Source: Octopus vulgaris (lineage: Eukaryota). From it: DNA of 64,000 nucleotides. The translations under genes and the position numbers were made by a program. Below are positions 1 to 13,948 of this stretch, piece after piece; position 1 is the first letter of the stretch, and the number at the start of each line of letters is the position of its first letter. The DNA is taken from positions 29,078,001 through 29,142,000 of the forward strand of contig OX597824.1 of NCBI GenBank assembly GCA_951406725.2, in the 5' to 3' direction. The notes under the pieces are model-generated. The model was not told the DNA's origin, made no database searches, and worked only from the letters and a program-made list of their open reading frames with translations.

Positions 1-300
1 GACACAAATATATTTGTCACAAAACGTAGATATGCATAAAACATTTATATTAATATGTAAGCAAAGTGTAAATACAGAATTGATAACAACTAGTGAAGTG
101 TAATTTAGAAATATATCTTAATATTCACAGGCACACATCTCATATGTATTTTATTATACGCAAAAAAGTAATTATACATATGTAAGATCTCATTTATATA
201 CGAACATTCAGAACAAGTTTTTTTTCAGTGATCGTTTGATTTTTACCAACACCATGCTTTTTGCCCTTACTAGGCACAAACACGAACACAAACATACGTA

Positions 301-373
<73 letters not shown>

Positions 374-843
374 CATATATACATATATATACGTATGTAC
401 ATATATATATATATATTATACATTTGTATGAATATGTGTATAGATATTTATATATATATATACTTATACAAACATATATATATATACTTATACAAATACA
501 TATCTATACATACACATATACATATATATATTAATATATATATATATATATATATATTTATACGAAGATATATAGGTATATATAGTACTATATATATAAG
601 TAAATATATTTGTATATGCATGTTTGTATATATATATAGATATATATATATATATACATATATACATGTATTGATATATATACATCAATGTGTGTATATA
701 TAAATATATTTATATGTATTTAGATATATGTTTGTATTTATGTATACATATATGTATATATGTATAAGTATGTGTATATGTCTGTATGGACGTAGTATGT
801 ATGTATATATGCATGTATGTATGCATGCATGCATGTATGTATG

Positions 844-874
<31 letters not shown>

Positions 875-1267
875 GCAGGTACGTATGTATGTACATATCC
901 GTGTACATATAACATTGAAAAAAGTGAGGACGTTTCACAAAAACAAAAAGCAAAGACAAAGTCTGTGGTCAGAGCAGGAATGATAAGGAAGGCGAGAGGA
1001 ATAACCACAAATGTTGGGTGGTGCCTGCATTGTGTCGAGGGGATGGCAAAGGTAAATAATATATGCACAGAATGCGGTGGATCTTGGTGTGGTAGGGAAG
1101 GGATCGGTTGAGTTTTGTAAATATCTATGGAAGACTATCTGGACAAATTGACGATCAAGAGGACAACTGGGACATAACCAGATTTGAATTGAAAATATCA
1201 CTGATAAAAAATATATATATCTGCAACAAACAAACAGCAATATATATATCAGGAATAAAAAATGAAA

Positions 1268-1900
<633 letters not shown>

Positions 1901-2678
1901 ACCAACAATGATAATACTAACAATAGCAAAAAACAACAGCAATAGTCATAATATTAATAGTAATAACATCAATGATGATAATGATGATGATGATCGTTGT
2001 GGTGGTGGTGGTGGTGGTGGTAGTCGTCGTCGTCGTCGTCGTGATGATGATGATGATGATGATGATGATGTTAATGCTAATATATATAAGCAACAAGAAA
2101 GTATAACAAAACAAGATATGAAATATATAATATATATAATAATATACTTGTATATGATATATATATATATAAAACATACACACACATATATATGTATAAA
2201 GAGTATACAAATATTCAATATAAAATAAAATATATAAATAATAATATCAATTGACAATAACACACGTAAATATAACTATAATATTAACAATAAACCCAAA
2301 TAATGAATAATGACAGGACCAGGGAAGGGTGCTGGCTTTGCTATTGAAAAAAATCTAGAAGTTCAGGAAATATTTTGGAGAAAATGAATGGCTGAATTAG
2401 GTGGAAGGGTTGGGTTGGCGGGCTGGAAATGCTGAACAAATTTAATATTATATGTACTTTGGTAGGTGCGCACATATATACATATACAGGTACAAACGCA
2501 CATACACACACACACACACACACACTTACACATATACTTATATACTTAGATTGTCTCACATATAAAGACAAATATATTTGTGTATTCATATGTAAATATG
2601 TGTGTGTGTGTGTGGGATGGATGCGTGGGTGTATCATATTCTCTCTGTCTCTTTCTCTCTCCGTCTATATATATATTT

Positions 2679-2729
<51 letters not shown>

Positions 2730-2795
2730 CATATATATATATATGTGTACATATATGTATATATAATTACATATATATATATGTATGTATACATG

Positions 2796-2835
<40 letters not shown>

Positions 2836-3062
2836 TATATACATGTGTACGTATACGTATGTATATATGTACGTATACACACATATATCATTCATACACG
2901 TAACCATGCATACAAAGCATCACGGAAATATACAGAAATTTCTCAATATAAATAAATTAATATATAACTAATCCAATAGACAAACAAACATGTATATTAA
3001 AAAACAAAATAAATAAATAATTAAACAAACAAACAAATAAATAATTAAACATAGAAAATGAA

Positions 3063-3093
<31 letters not shown>

Positions 3094-3514
3094 ATAGATA
3101 AATAAATAAATAAATAAATAAAAGTGTTTGGACTGTAGCAGTAAAGATTAAATCTCATCATTTGAACTACAACAGAAGACAAATAAGAACTAAAAAAAAA
3201 AAATAATTTAAAAAAACGGTGTAATGTATAGAGATGATGTTGAAGATTTTTACAGATCTCTAGAGACATTGATAATATATAAGGGAAGCTGAGAGCAGGA
3301 AGAGCTCTGGGTTTTGATATCATTGCAAACATGTGTGCAGCAAGCTGATAGGTTGAACTTAACATGCATGTTTTCATGTTGTCTGTTGGTTTGTTTAACA
3401 AAGAAAAAAAGGGGGAAAAAAGCATGCATGGTTATACATGCATATACATGCTAATATATATGTTGTCGCGCGTCACCTTAAAATTTCTGCAGGCTTGTTC
3501 TATTTTTTTCTTAG

Positions 3515-4811
3515 TGGTTGTGGTGGTGGTGGTGGTGGTGGTGGTGGTGGTGGTGGTGGTGGTGGTGGTGGAGGTAGTACTGTTGGTGTTGTCTGTGTCG
3601 TTTGTGGTGGTGATGTTGGTGTTGGTAGTGTTTGTGGTGTTGGTAGTGGTGGTCGTGGTCGTGGTCGTCGTGATAGCGACGTTGGCGGATAGTGGTGGTG
3701 GCGGTAGCGTTGGTGGTGGTGGTGGTACTGGCGGTGGTGGTAATGGTAGTTGTGGCGGCGATTGTGGTGTTGGTGGTAGTGTTTTTTGTTGCTAAATGTG
3801 GTAATGGTATTCTTGATTATAGTGATGGTGGTGGTGGTGGTAGTGGTGGTGATGGCAGCAGTGGTAGTGGAGATGGTGGACATGGTGCCCTTGATCCTGG
3901 TGACAGTGACGCTGATGGTAGTGAAATTTGTGGTGGTGGTGATGGTGGTGGTGATGGTGGTGGTGGTGCTGCTGCTGCTGTTGCTGGTGTTGGTGACGAT
4001 GGTGCTGGTGCTGGTGGTAATTTGTGGTGTTGGTGGGGTAATTGTGGAGGTGGGGGTAATTGTGGTGGCTATGGTGGTGATAGTGGCGGTGATGGTGATA
4101 GTGGCGGTGGTGGTGGTGGTGGTGGTGGTGGTGAAGGTGGAAGTGGTGGTGGTGGTGGAGGTGGTGATACAGGTGGTGTTGATGTTGGTGGTGGATGTTG
4201 GTGGTGGTGGAGATGGTGATGGTGGTGGTGGTGGGTGGTGGTGGTGGTGGTGGTGGTGGTGGGGTCGATAGACGTGGTGTTGATGATGTTGTTGCTGGTG
4301 GTTCCCTCTAGTTTCTGTAGCTATGCTTTGTATTTTTTGTTTTGTCATTGCCTTTGATAGTTATTTTTGTTTTATTTTATACTTCATTTATTTTTGTTTC
4401 TGTTGAATTCACCGTCGCCATATTTTCGTCCATTATGGTTTTTTTCCTGTCTTTTTAATAAAAAGTAACGTTGATCTTGTCGATATTATGTCTCCTGTAT
4501 CCGTCCATGTTGTTGTTGTTATTGATATTGGTGGTTGTGGTGGTGGTGGTGGTGGTGGTGCTGCTGCTGCTCTGTTAGTGTTGTTGATATTGTTGTTGTT
4601 GTTGTTATTGTTGTTGTTGTTGTTGTTCATGGTGGTGGTGGTGGTAGTGGTAGTGCTGCTGCTATAGCTGCTGCTGAAGGGGCAGTGGCTGATTTTGGTA
4701 CTGATGCTGCTGTTGTTGTTGCTGCTACTGCTGCTGCTGAGGGTTGGAGCTGATATTGGTGCTGAATGCTGTTGTTGTTGCTGTTGTTGTTGTTTATGTT
4801 GTTGTTGTTTA

Positions 4812-4842
<31 letters not shown>

Positions 4843-4898
4843 GGTGGTGATGGGACTGAGGCTGGAGCTGATATTGTTGCTGATGCTGTTGTTGTTAC

Positions 4899-4953
<55 letters not shown>

Positions 4954-5182
4954 GGTGGGGCTGGAGATGATATTGTTGCTGATGCTGTTGTTGTTACTGT
5001 TGTTGTTGTTGCTGGTGGTGGTGGTGGTGGTGATGGGGCTGGAGCTGATATTGGTGCTGATGCTGTTGTTATTTCTGTTGTTGATTTTGTTGTTGTTGTT
5101 GGTGTTGTTGGTGTTGGTGGTGGTGGTGATGATGGGGCTGAAGTTGTGTAGAGGTGGCGGCGGTGGCGGTGGCGGTGGTGGT
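3515..5182. repeat. Degenerate (GGT)n/(GTT)n trinucleotide region, with a ~80-115 bp higher-order repeat at 4744-5146
   Basis: GGT/GTT/GCT runs; the unit GGGGCTGGAGCTGATATTGTTGCTGATGCTG recurs at ~4744, 4858, 4957, 5035 and partially at 5134. Confidence 0.9.
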
Positions 5183-5385
5183 CATGTCTCTTTGGTCTAT
5201 TTCATAGTTTTTTACTCACATATCTTTATTCTCAATGTTGTCATTTTCGCTTTATTATTCTTTTTTTTCTTTTCTCGGTATGGATGCAATTTTCCAAGTT
5301 AAAGTGTCGGAAGTCTCTCATATACTCCTCGTCGTTGTTGTTGCTTTTTCTTCTTGTTATTATGCCTGCTGCTATTGTTGTTGTT

Positions 5386-5543
5386 GTGGCTGTGTGGTAA
5401 GTAGCTTGCTTACCAACCGCATGGTTCTGGCTTCAGTCCCATTCCGTGGCACCTTGGGCAAGTGTCTTCTACTATAGCCTCGGGCCGACCAAAGCCTTAT
5501 GAGTGGATTTGGTAGACGGAAGCTGAAAGAAGCCCGTCGTATG

Positions 5544-5630
<87 letters not shown>

Positions 5631-5838
5631 ATGTTTGTGTGTCTGTGTTTGTCCAACCGACATCGCTTGACAACCGATGTTGGTGTGTTTACGTTTCCGT
5701 AACTTAGCGGTTCGACAAAAGAGACCGATAGACTAAGTCCTAGGCTTAGAAAGGATAAGTCCTGGGGTCGATTTCCTCGACTAAAGGCGGTGCTCCAGCA
5801 TGGCCGCAGTCAAATGACTGAAACAAGTAAAAGAGTAA
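5386..5838 (+). mobile_element. tRNA-derived SINE family A (internal TA/TG microsatellite), near full length
   Basis: Head GTGGCTGTGTGGTAAG (A-box-like) and GCTTCAGTCCC (B-box-like); tail GGCGGTGCTCCAGCATGGCCGCAGTCAAATGACTGAAACAAGTAAAAGAG; matches more than 12 other copies in the window. Confidence 0.9.
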
Positions 5839-6219
5839 AGGTGTTGTTTTTGTTATTATCGTTATTATTATTTTTGACGATATTGATGTTTTTATTTTTT
5901 ATCAATGTCAGTGTTGCTCTTGTTCATGATTTCATTGCGGCCATTGCTGCTGTTGCATGTTGTTATTGTTGTCGTTGTTGCTGTTGTTGTTGTTGTCGTG
6001 GTTAGTATATTTATTGTTGTTGTGCTATCATCTTCGATTATAACACCCTCCTAAAATTTCACACCTTGTGCTTATTGTAGAAAGGATAATCATCATCATC
6101 ATCATCATCTTCATCATCGTCATCATCATCATTAATATTATTATCATTGTTGTTGTTGTTGCTACAATTATCACTATCATCATCAGCAGCAGCAGCAGCT
6201 GCAGCATCGTTAGTGTTAC

Positions 6220-6415
6220 TAAGGTGGCGACCAGGTACAATCGTTGTTACCATGCCCGATAAAATGATGAACGTCATTTCATCTGTCTCAGCATTCAAAT
6301 ATCAGCTGAGGTCAACTTAGCCTTTCAATTATTCGAGATCGATGAAATAAGTAACAGACAAGAAAGGTAGAATCGACCTTTCCAAAATTTCGGGCCTTGT
6401 GCCTATGCTAGATAA
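6220..6415 (+). mobile_element. Degenerate SINE family B (Nin/Deu-domain type)
   Basis: Diverged match to the GAGGTCGACTTTGCCTTTCATCC...GTCGATAAA core seen in the 27.7-29.7 kb copies. Confidence 0.6.
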
Positions 6416-6451
6416 AGAGAAATCTTTATCATTATCAACATCATTATTATT

Positions 6452-6997
6452 ACTGAGTGAGAGAGCAGTGCATGCCATCAATGTGACACTGGCGTAAAAT
6501 ATACGAAGCCCAGTATACCCATCGTGACTACCCGTCTGATAAGGGTACACCAGGAACATGCACCACAAACAAATGTGCACAACATGGTGATCTCATATCA
6601 AGATAAACAGCAAATGACCTTGCAGGTGGGACCCAGTTAGAATTTTCTTCTGGTCGAGTAGCCCATCCCACTCAAAAGGTCCCTGAATAGGGATTGTTTA
6701 AGGATGTTGAACGAGCTACCCATGTTCCCAAAGGTGAATTTCTAAACCTTCAAGAGTTCCTTTCAACACATGGCTATGATGCTCCCCCACTACGCCTGCT
6801 CATGATCAGAGATGCACATATCGTCAGCCACTAAGGGACATGCTCAACTGGTTATGGTCAAACAACTGACAAGCAAATCTGTGGTATCGAGCAGAATATT
6901 TGCTGTAGTCCATCGTTTATACCAAGAGAAAACAATCTACATGATAACACTTCCAATCAGTTAAGATCAACAACCGCTGTCTGGTACTGCATCAGGG

Positions 6998-6999
<2 letters not shown>
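6452..6999 (-). mobile_element. ~550 bp non-coding insert in a (TAA)n tract, putative non-autonomous retroelement
   Basis: Complex, comparatively GC-rich block bounded on both sides by ATT repeats and adjacent to a Dong-like LINE; no long ORF; strand inferred from the neighbours. Confidence 0.5.
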
Positions 7000-7031
<32 letters not shown>

Positions 7032-7034
<3 letters not shown>

Positions 7035-8624
7035 TAGTTTTATTTTTATAGCGTGCTTTCACTTCACTACCGAGCGCAGCTCTGTGTGCCTTGGGTATGT
7101 GCTGTGATTTGTTGTGATGCTCTGATGGTTATTGTATGGAAAGTGTTCTGCGTAGGATGTGTGCAGTGCCTAGTAGTGCAATTTTCTGTATGTTATATGT
7201 GTTTGTAAGTCCTGGTGTTTTTGTTATGTATTTGTCTGAATATTTTTTTATCATGCCTAATGCACCTACTATGATAGGAATTGTTTCTGTTTTCAGGTTC
7301 CACATTCTAGTTACCTCTATTTCCAGGTCTTTGTATTTTGAGAGTTTCTCCATTTCTTTTAGAGACACGTTGTCATCTGCCGGTATTGATACATCAATTA
7401 GAAAGCATTTTTTTCTTCATGATCTCTGACAACTATATCTGGTCTGTTGGCCTTAATTTCTCTATCTGTGTGTATCGGCATATCCCAGAGTATGGTTGCT
7501 TTCTCGTTTTCTGTGACCTTTTCTGGTGTGTGCCTATACCATCTTTTTTCTGTTGTTATTCCATAATGTTGGCATAGCTTCCAATGTATGTAGGTTCCAA
7601 CTCTGTCATGTCTGTGAATATATTCCTTCTTAGCCAGGACTGGGCAGCTAGAGATAATATGATTTATTGTTTCTTGTCCATCTCCACATATTCTGCAGTT
7701 ACTTGTAATATTTCTTTTCATTACATGTTTTTGGTAATTTCTGGTGGGGAGGCTTTGGTCTTGTGCTGCAATTAAAAATCCCTCTGTTTCTGCTTTGAGT
7801 CCTGAGCTTCTCAACCATTGCTGGGATTTTTCTTTGTCTATTTCTTTTGCGTTTAGTTTAGTGCAGTATTTACCATGAAGGGGCTTTTCTTGCCATCGTT
7901 TTATCATGGCTCGTTGCTGCTCTATTTTTAGTTTGGATTTCATTTGTTTTATAGCTTTTGTTGTTTCTTCATCATCTTCTTCTTCTTTGTGTTTATTAGG
8001 TGGTATGATTTCTTGTTTGTATTTGTCAGCTTCCTTAAATACTGAGAACAGTTTTTTGTTTTGCTCATGTTTTGCTGCTATCTGGATCAGTTTTCCTTCC
8101 TTCTGAAGTAGGTATTTTTACAGTCCTATGGTGGTTATTTTATAGTAGTTTTCCAGCTGTATAAGGCCTCTACCACCTTCTATACGTTGTATATATAGTC
8201 TTTCTATGTCAGATTTTGGGTGATGCATCCTAGATCCTGTCAGTATTTTTCTTGTTTTCCTATCTATTTTGGACAGTTCATTTCGTGTCCAGTTAAGGAT
8301 ATTGTAGCTGTAACTTATAACTGGGACAGCTAAAGTGTTGATACCTATTATCTTGTTTTTAGCATTGAGCTCTGTTTTTAGTATTGATCTAACTCGTCTA
8401 TAATATTCTTTTATTATTTTCTCTTTCATTTGTGTGTGTTGTGTCTTATCTAGTTCATGGATTCCTAAGTATTTGTAAGTTTGGCTTTGGTCTAATTCTT
8501 TTATTTCATTGGTTTTATCTAGTGTGATGTTGTTACTCTTAACTAGTTTTCCTCTTTTCATGGTTACTTTGGCGCATTTTTCTAATCCAAATTTCATATC
8601 TATTTCTTTGGTAAATCCATGAAC

Positions 8625-8627
<3 letters not shown>
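7032..8627 (-). mobile_element. 5'-truncated R4/Dong-clade non-LTR retrotransposon (RT C-terminus, CCHC finger, restriction-like endonuclease, 3' UTR), disrupted
   Basis: ORF pieces 8118-8627 (MKFGLEKCAK...YKYLG...RLYIQRIEGGRGL), 7398-7943 (CRICGDGQETINHIISSC; KANRPDIVV) and 7129-7368 (EKLSKYKDL...PIIVGALG...IQKIALLGTAHILRR); flanked by (TAA)n, the known Dong target. Confidence 0.92.
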
Positions 8628-8679
<52 letters not shown>

Positions 8680-8704
8680 GTTATTATTATTATTACTATT
8701 ATTA

Positions 8705-8777
<73 letters not shown>

Positions 8778-8820
8778 CATTATTATTATTACTATTACTA
8801 TTACTATTATTATTATTATT

Positions 8821-9375
8821 CTATGTTTGACTTTTGCTTTATGTCTGTACAAGTTGGCTCCAAGTCTCACCCAGAGACCTCAAGAGACAACAGGTTGGAA
8901 GTTCTGTGCCATATATTTGGGATTTTTTTTTATGGTTTTGAACTAGTGAATGTCTAATACATAAAAATAAAATTTTTAAAAAAAATAAAAAAAATAAATA
9001 AAATAAATAAATAAATAAATAAATAAAAAAAAGTTTGTTTTAAACCTTGGGATTACATAGAGAGTATTTTGCGTAGGATATGAGCAGTTCCCATGAGCAC
9101 TATCTTTTGAATTTCTGCCATTTTGGGGTTTCCTGGTATCTGAGTTAGGTAGCAATTAGTCCCTTTCGCTATCATTCCCAGGGCACCTATGACAACAGGT
9201 ATTGTTTTAGTCCTCAGCTTCCACATATTGCTGATTTCTATTTCAAGATCTTTATATTTGTTCAGTTTTTGGTAGGTCTTGATAGATACGTTTATATCGA
9301 TTGGGACAGTCATATCAATGAGGAGACATGTTCTTTGTCTGAAGTCTTTCAATATGATGTCTGGCCTATTTGCAT
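8821..9375 (-). mobile_element. Second R4/Dong-like LINE 3' fragment, different subfamily
   Basis: ANRPDIILKD...LLIDMTVP...KYKDLEIEI...IPVVIGALG...GTAHILRKILS; 3' UTR differs from the 7032 copy; (TAA)n on both sides. Confidence 0.88.
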
Positions 9376-9379
9376 TATG

Positions 9380-9435
<56 letters not shown>

Positions 9436-9455
9436 TACTATTATTACTGCTGCCA

Positions 9456-9616
9456 CGTTCTGATTTCAAATTCCGCCGAGGTTTGACTTTGCCTTTCATC
9501 CTTTTTAACGTCGATAAAATAAGTACCAGTTATGCACTGGTGTCGATGTAATCGACTAGCCCCCCCCCCCCCCGCCTCCCAACAAAATTTCAGACCTTGA
9601 GCCTTTAGTAGAAAGG
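9456..9616 (+). mobile_element. SINE family B fragment
   Basis: TTCAAATTCCGCCGAGG...GACTTTGCCTTTCATCC...GTCGATAAAATAAGTACCAG...GTCGATGTAATCGACT. Confidence 0.8.
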
Positions 9617-9649
<33 letters not shown>

Positions 9650-10167
9650 GGTGTTGCTGTCGTATTCATGATTTTGTCGCGGCCATTCCTGTGGCTGTTA
9701 TTGATGTTGTTATCGTTATTGGCTTTTGATGTAGTTGCTGTTCTTATCTCGATCTTAATATTTATCATCGTTGTGGTCCCCGTAGTCGCAGCTGTTGTAG
9801 TTTCTGGTTTCGTTTTTCTTTTTGTTTTTAGGTTTGTTTTTTTTCGACTTTTTTGTTTCGTTTCGCTTTTTTCCCTCCGTTTTTCCCCGCCGTTGTTCGT
9901 ATCCGTCGTGCAGTGTTAATGTAATTGTAAATGTATAATGCGAAAAAATGACAAATTCCAGTCACAAAAGCACACTCCACTTTCCACATACACACTTCCG
10001 AATGAAAAGTGCGAAATCATGCATGTATGCATTCCATTCTGAGAATATTTACACATACGTGTAAATAAATAGATAAATAAATAAATAAATAAATAAATAA
10101 TGGTTAAAATAACTATGTAAATAATTGCGTCTTTATTTGCTATACGGGCTGCAACCAAGAAGGAGAA

Positions 10168-10177
10168 ATGATGAAGG

Positions 10178-10248
<71 letters not shown>

Positions 10249-10565
10249 GTGTTGATGATGATGGTGGTGTTGTTGTTGGTGGTGGTGTTGATGCTGGTGG
10301 TGGTGGTGCTGGTGAGGAGGTGGAGGGAGAAGAAGAAGAAGAAGGGGAGTAGGTGGAGGAGGCAGAAGGAAGAAGAGGTGAGGAGGAACAGGGATGACGA
10401 CGACCACCACGTTGACGATAACGATGATGATGATGATGACGATGTTGAGAAGGAGGAGGAGGAAGAGGAAGAAGAGGAGAAGGATGAAGAGGGGGAGGAG
10501 GACATGGTGGTGTAGGAGGAGGAAGTGGAAGAGGTGTATGAGTATGATGATGATGATGATGATGA
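10168..10565. repeat. (GAT)n/(GAG)n/(GGT)n purine-rich microsatellite mosaic
   Basis: Direct reading of the sequence. Confidence 0.9.
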
Positions 10566-10708
10566 AGACCTTAATTCTAATACAGAAAATTGGTTATATA
10601 ATGGAAATAACTAGTAAAATTTATTAAAAAAAACATTATCGTAATACAAAACCACAGTAACTATAGTATAAACAATATTAATAATAAAACGAAAAAAATA
10701 TTAATAAT

Positions 10709-10771
<63 letters not shown>

Positions 10772-11546
10772 CATAATAGCAACATCAACAATAGCAGAAA
10801 CTAGAAAAATAATACAAAAATTCATAAAATAATATGAAAAACACAAATAAAGTATAAAACAAATGAAAATATTTTTCACTATATAAAGAGTTTTTCCACC
10901 ATTTTATTTATTTTTTTTTTATTGAGAGAAAAATTTGTCAAGTTTACCCGTTGCATATATGCATAGAAGGGGACAGATATTTTATAAAGTAACGTAGAAC
11001 GTTTGAAACGTGTGCACATATCTGTAATACGTACACACTTTCATGAATGTATGTACGTATTTATATATGTATGTATATATGTATTGTATGTGTATATACA
11101 TACGCGTGCAATAGATAGCATTCATCTGATTCTAATATTTCCATGTTTATGTATGATGATATATGTATACCCACGGATGTAAGCAAGAATATTTACATGG
11201 CTCATTATACATGCAAATTGTCTGCGCGTGAATACGTGTACACGTGTACGTGTATGTATTTGTGTGTAAGTTTGTTTGTTTCTGGGTGTGTCTGCATGCC
11301 TATTTGTTTACTTGCCAGTGTATCAACGTACAAGTATAGGCAATATGTAAGCCTGCCTTTGTAATAAAAAGTACAAACTCTGGTATGTTTATCATAAATT
11401 TATAAACATATTTGAATATACGATAGTCTAATGTAGATAATGATATTTACATTTTCCTATTCATTCTTATAATACTTTTTGCGTATATACTTATCCTATA
11501 CCACACAAGCACACACGCATGCGCATGCATATAGAGATATAAGAAT

Positions 11547-11827
<281 letters not shown>

Positions 11828-11828
11828 T

Positions 11829-12022
11829 GGCGCAGGAGTGGCTGTGTGGTGAGTAGCTTGCTTACCAACCACATGGTTCCGGGTTCAGTCCCACTGCGTG
11901 GTACTTTGGCCAAGTGTCTTCTACTATAGCTTCAGGCCAACCTGAATGGATTTGGTTGATGGAAACTGAAAGAAGCCCGTCGCATATATGTATATGTATG
12001 CATATATATATGTATGTATATG

Positions 12023-12078
<56 letters not shown>

Positions 12079-12159
12079 TGTGTGTGTGTGTGTGTGTGCT
12101 TGTGTGTCTGTGATTGTCCCCCCAGCATCGCTTGACAACCGGTGCTAGTGTCTTTACGT
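11829..12159 (+). mobile_element. SINE family A, 3'-truncated
   Basis: GGCGCAGGAGTGGCTGTGTGGT...GGGTTCAGTCCCACTGCGTGG head following a ~270 bp (TA)n tract. Confidence 0.88.
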
Positions 12160-12514
12160 ATTCCAGCCTGAAGAAATGTGAATTAAACATTTTTACTTTT
12201 GATTTTACTTTACTTTCGCTCCTATTCTTTCCCGCACACATCCCATTCCTTTCTTTTTTCCCTATATCCCCTCTCTTTTATTTACTCATTCACAACCCAC
12301 TTCTGTCTATCTTGATGTCTGTGTTTCTCACTCTATATACCCACGTGAATCATTTACATAGTAGCTAACCCCTGAATTATCATGAACGCATCATTCAAAA
12401 TACTGCCAAAATACTGCCTGGATCTACCTAGGATTAAACCTAAGGACCTATAGTTTTCACAGAACCAACCTCTCGAAACCGATAAGCTGTGAACTTTTCT
12501 CTTGTCCGTATTCT

Positions 12515-13948
12515 TCAGGCTGAGAAAAAAGTAAGCAACGTTTTCAACTATGAAGAATTTGTACCGGATTTTTGCAGAGGTTTGAATTATTTTAGACATT
12601 TTCTTTCAATTGTTTGCTAATAGAGACACAGACTTGCCCAAATACATCAATAAATTAAAATTGATTTTTTTTTTCCACCTTTGCTACAAAGTTCTTTTGT
12701 CAGTTCTCGAGTGGTTTTACGTAGATTTTTCTCAATGACGATCTTTAATTGACCGTCATCGATGGCAGATAGGCATCCATTACGTTCACAAAACTTCAGG
12801 GCTCAGGTCTCCACTGCGAAATCGTTTAAGTCATTTTTGAGTTGACACTTACTGGTCGTTTCCTCACTAAACGTTTCGTTGATATCGCGAACAGTTTCAG
12901 TTGCTTTACGTCCTTTTATGAAGGTGAGTAGCAAAATTGCTCCAATATCGCGCTTTGACAGTTCCATTTCAAATGAAAAAAAATGACTTAAACGATTTCG
13001 CAGTGGAGACCTGAGCCCTGAAGTTTTGTGAACGTAATAGATGCCTATCTGTCATCGATGACGGTCAATTAAAGACCGTCATTGAGAAAGATCTACGTAA
13101 AATCACTCGAGAACTGACAAAAGAACTTCAAGTTAGCCAGAAAACTGCCTGCAATCATTTGCATGCGATCGGAAAATCAAAAGAGCTCGACAAATGCGTA
13201 CCACACGAGTTGAATGAAAATCAGAAAATGCGCAGATATGAAATTTGCTCATCGCTTCTTCTCCTTAACCAGACCGATCTATTTCTCGACCGTGCTCTAA
13301 CTTGCGATGGAAAGTGGATCCTGTACAATAATAAAAACGTTCTTTGCAGTGGTTAGACCAAAATGAAGCACCGAAAACATTCCCTAAACCCGAACTCTTC
13401 GAAAAGAATTTTATGGTGACTGTTTGGTGATGTACTGCTGGACTCATCTACTATAACTTCTTAAAAGTCGGAAAAACCATTACTGCAGAAACATTGCCAT
13501 GAAATTGCCAAAATGAACGAAAAACTGCTACTCCTCCGTCCCAGACTGGTCGACCGAAAAGCGCCAATCATTCTTCATGAAAATGCTAGACCATTCGTTT
13601 CACTAATGACTCTCCAGAAGTTGAAGGAATTGGGTACGAAGTTCTTCCTTACCCAGCATATTCCCTAGACCTTTCTCCTACCGACTACCTCTTTTTTAAG
13701 CACCTTAATGGTTTCCTGCGAGAGAAGGAGTTCCAAAATCAAACCGATGCTGAAAGTGCATTCAAAGAGTTCATCAGCTCCAGAACTCCAGATTTTTATG
13801 CTACTAGAATAAACAAACTTGTAACTCGCTGGCAAAAATGTGTTCATTGTAATGGTACTTACTTTGATGAATAAAATTTCCGCATTGTTGAAATATATTA
13901 TGATGAATTTCATGTTTCAAAATGTTGCTTACTTTTTACACATCCTGA
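12515..13948 (+). mobile_element. Rearranged mariner (DD34D, Hsmar1/cecropia-like) with decayed transposase
   Basis: ITRs TCAGGCTGAGAAAAAAGTAAGCAACGTTTT (12515-12544) and AAAATGTTGCTTACTTTTTACACATCCTGA (13919-13948); motifs CVPHEL, TCDGKW, HENARP, YSLDLSPTDY and the end LVTRWQKCVHCNGTYFDE*; N-terminus MELSKRDIGAILL...GRKATETVRDIN lies on the minus strand from 12967. Confidence 0.93.

Noticed and set aside
3500-4348. 282 aa His/Pro/Thr-rich ORF (mucin-like) and overlapping Gly/Val ORFs
   Set aside because: Trinucleotide repeats stay open in several frames on both strands; no domain or splice support.
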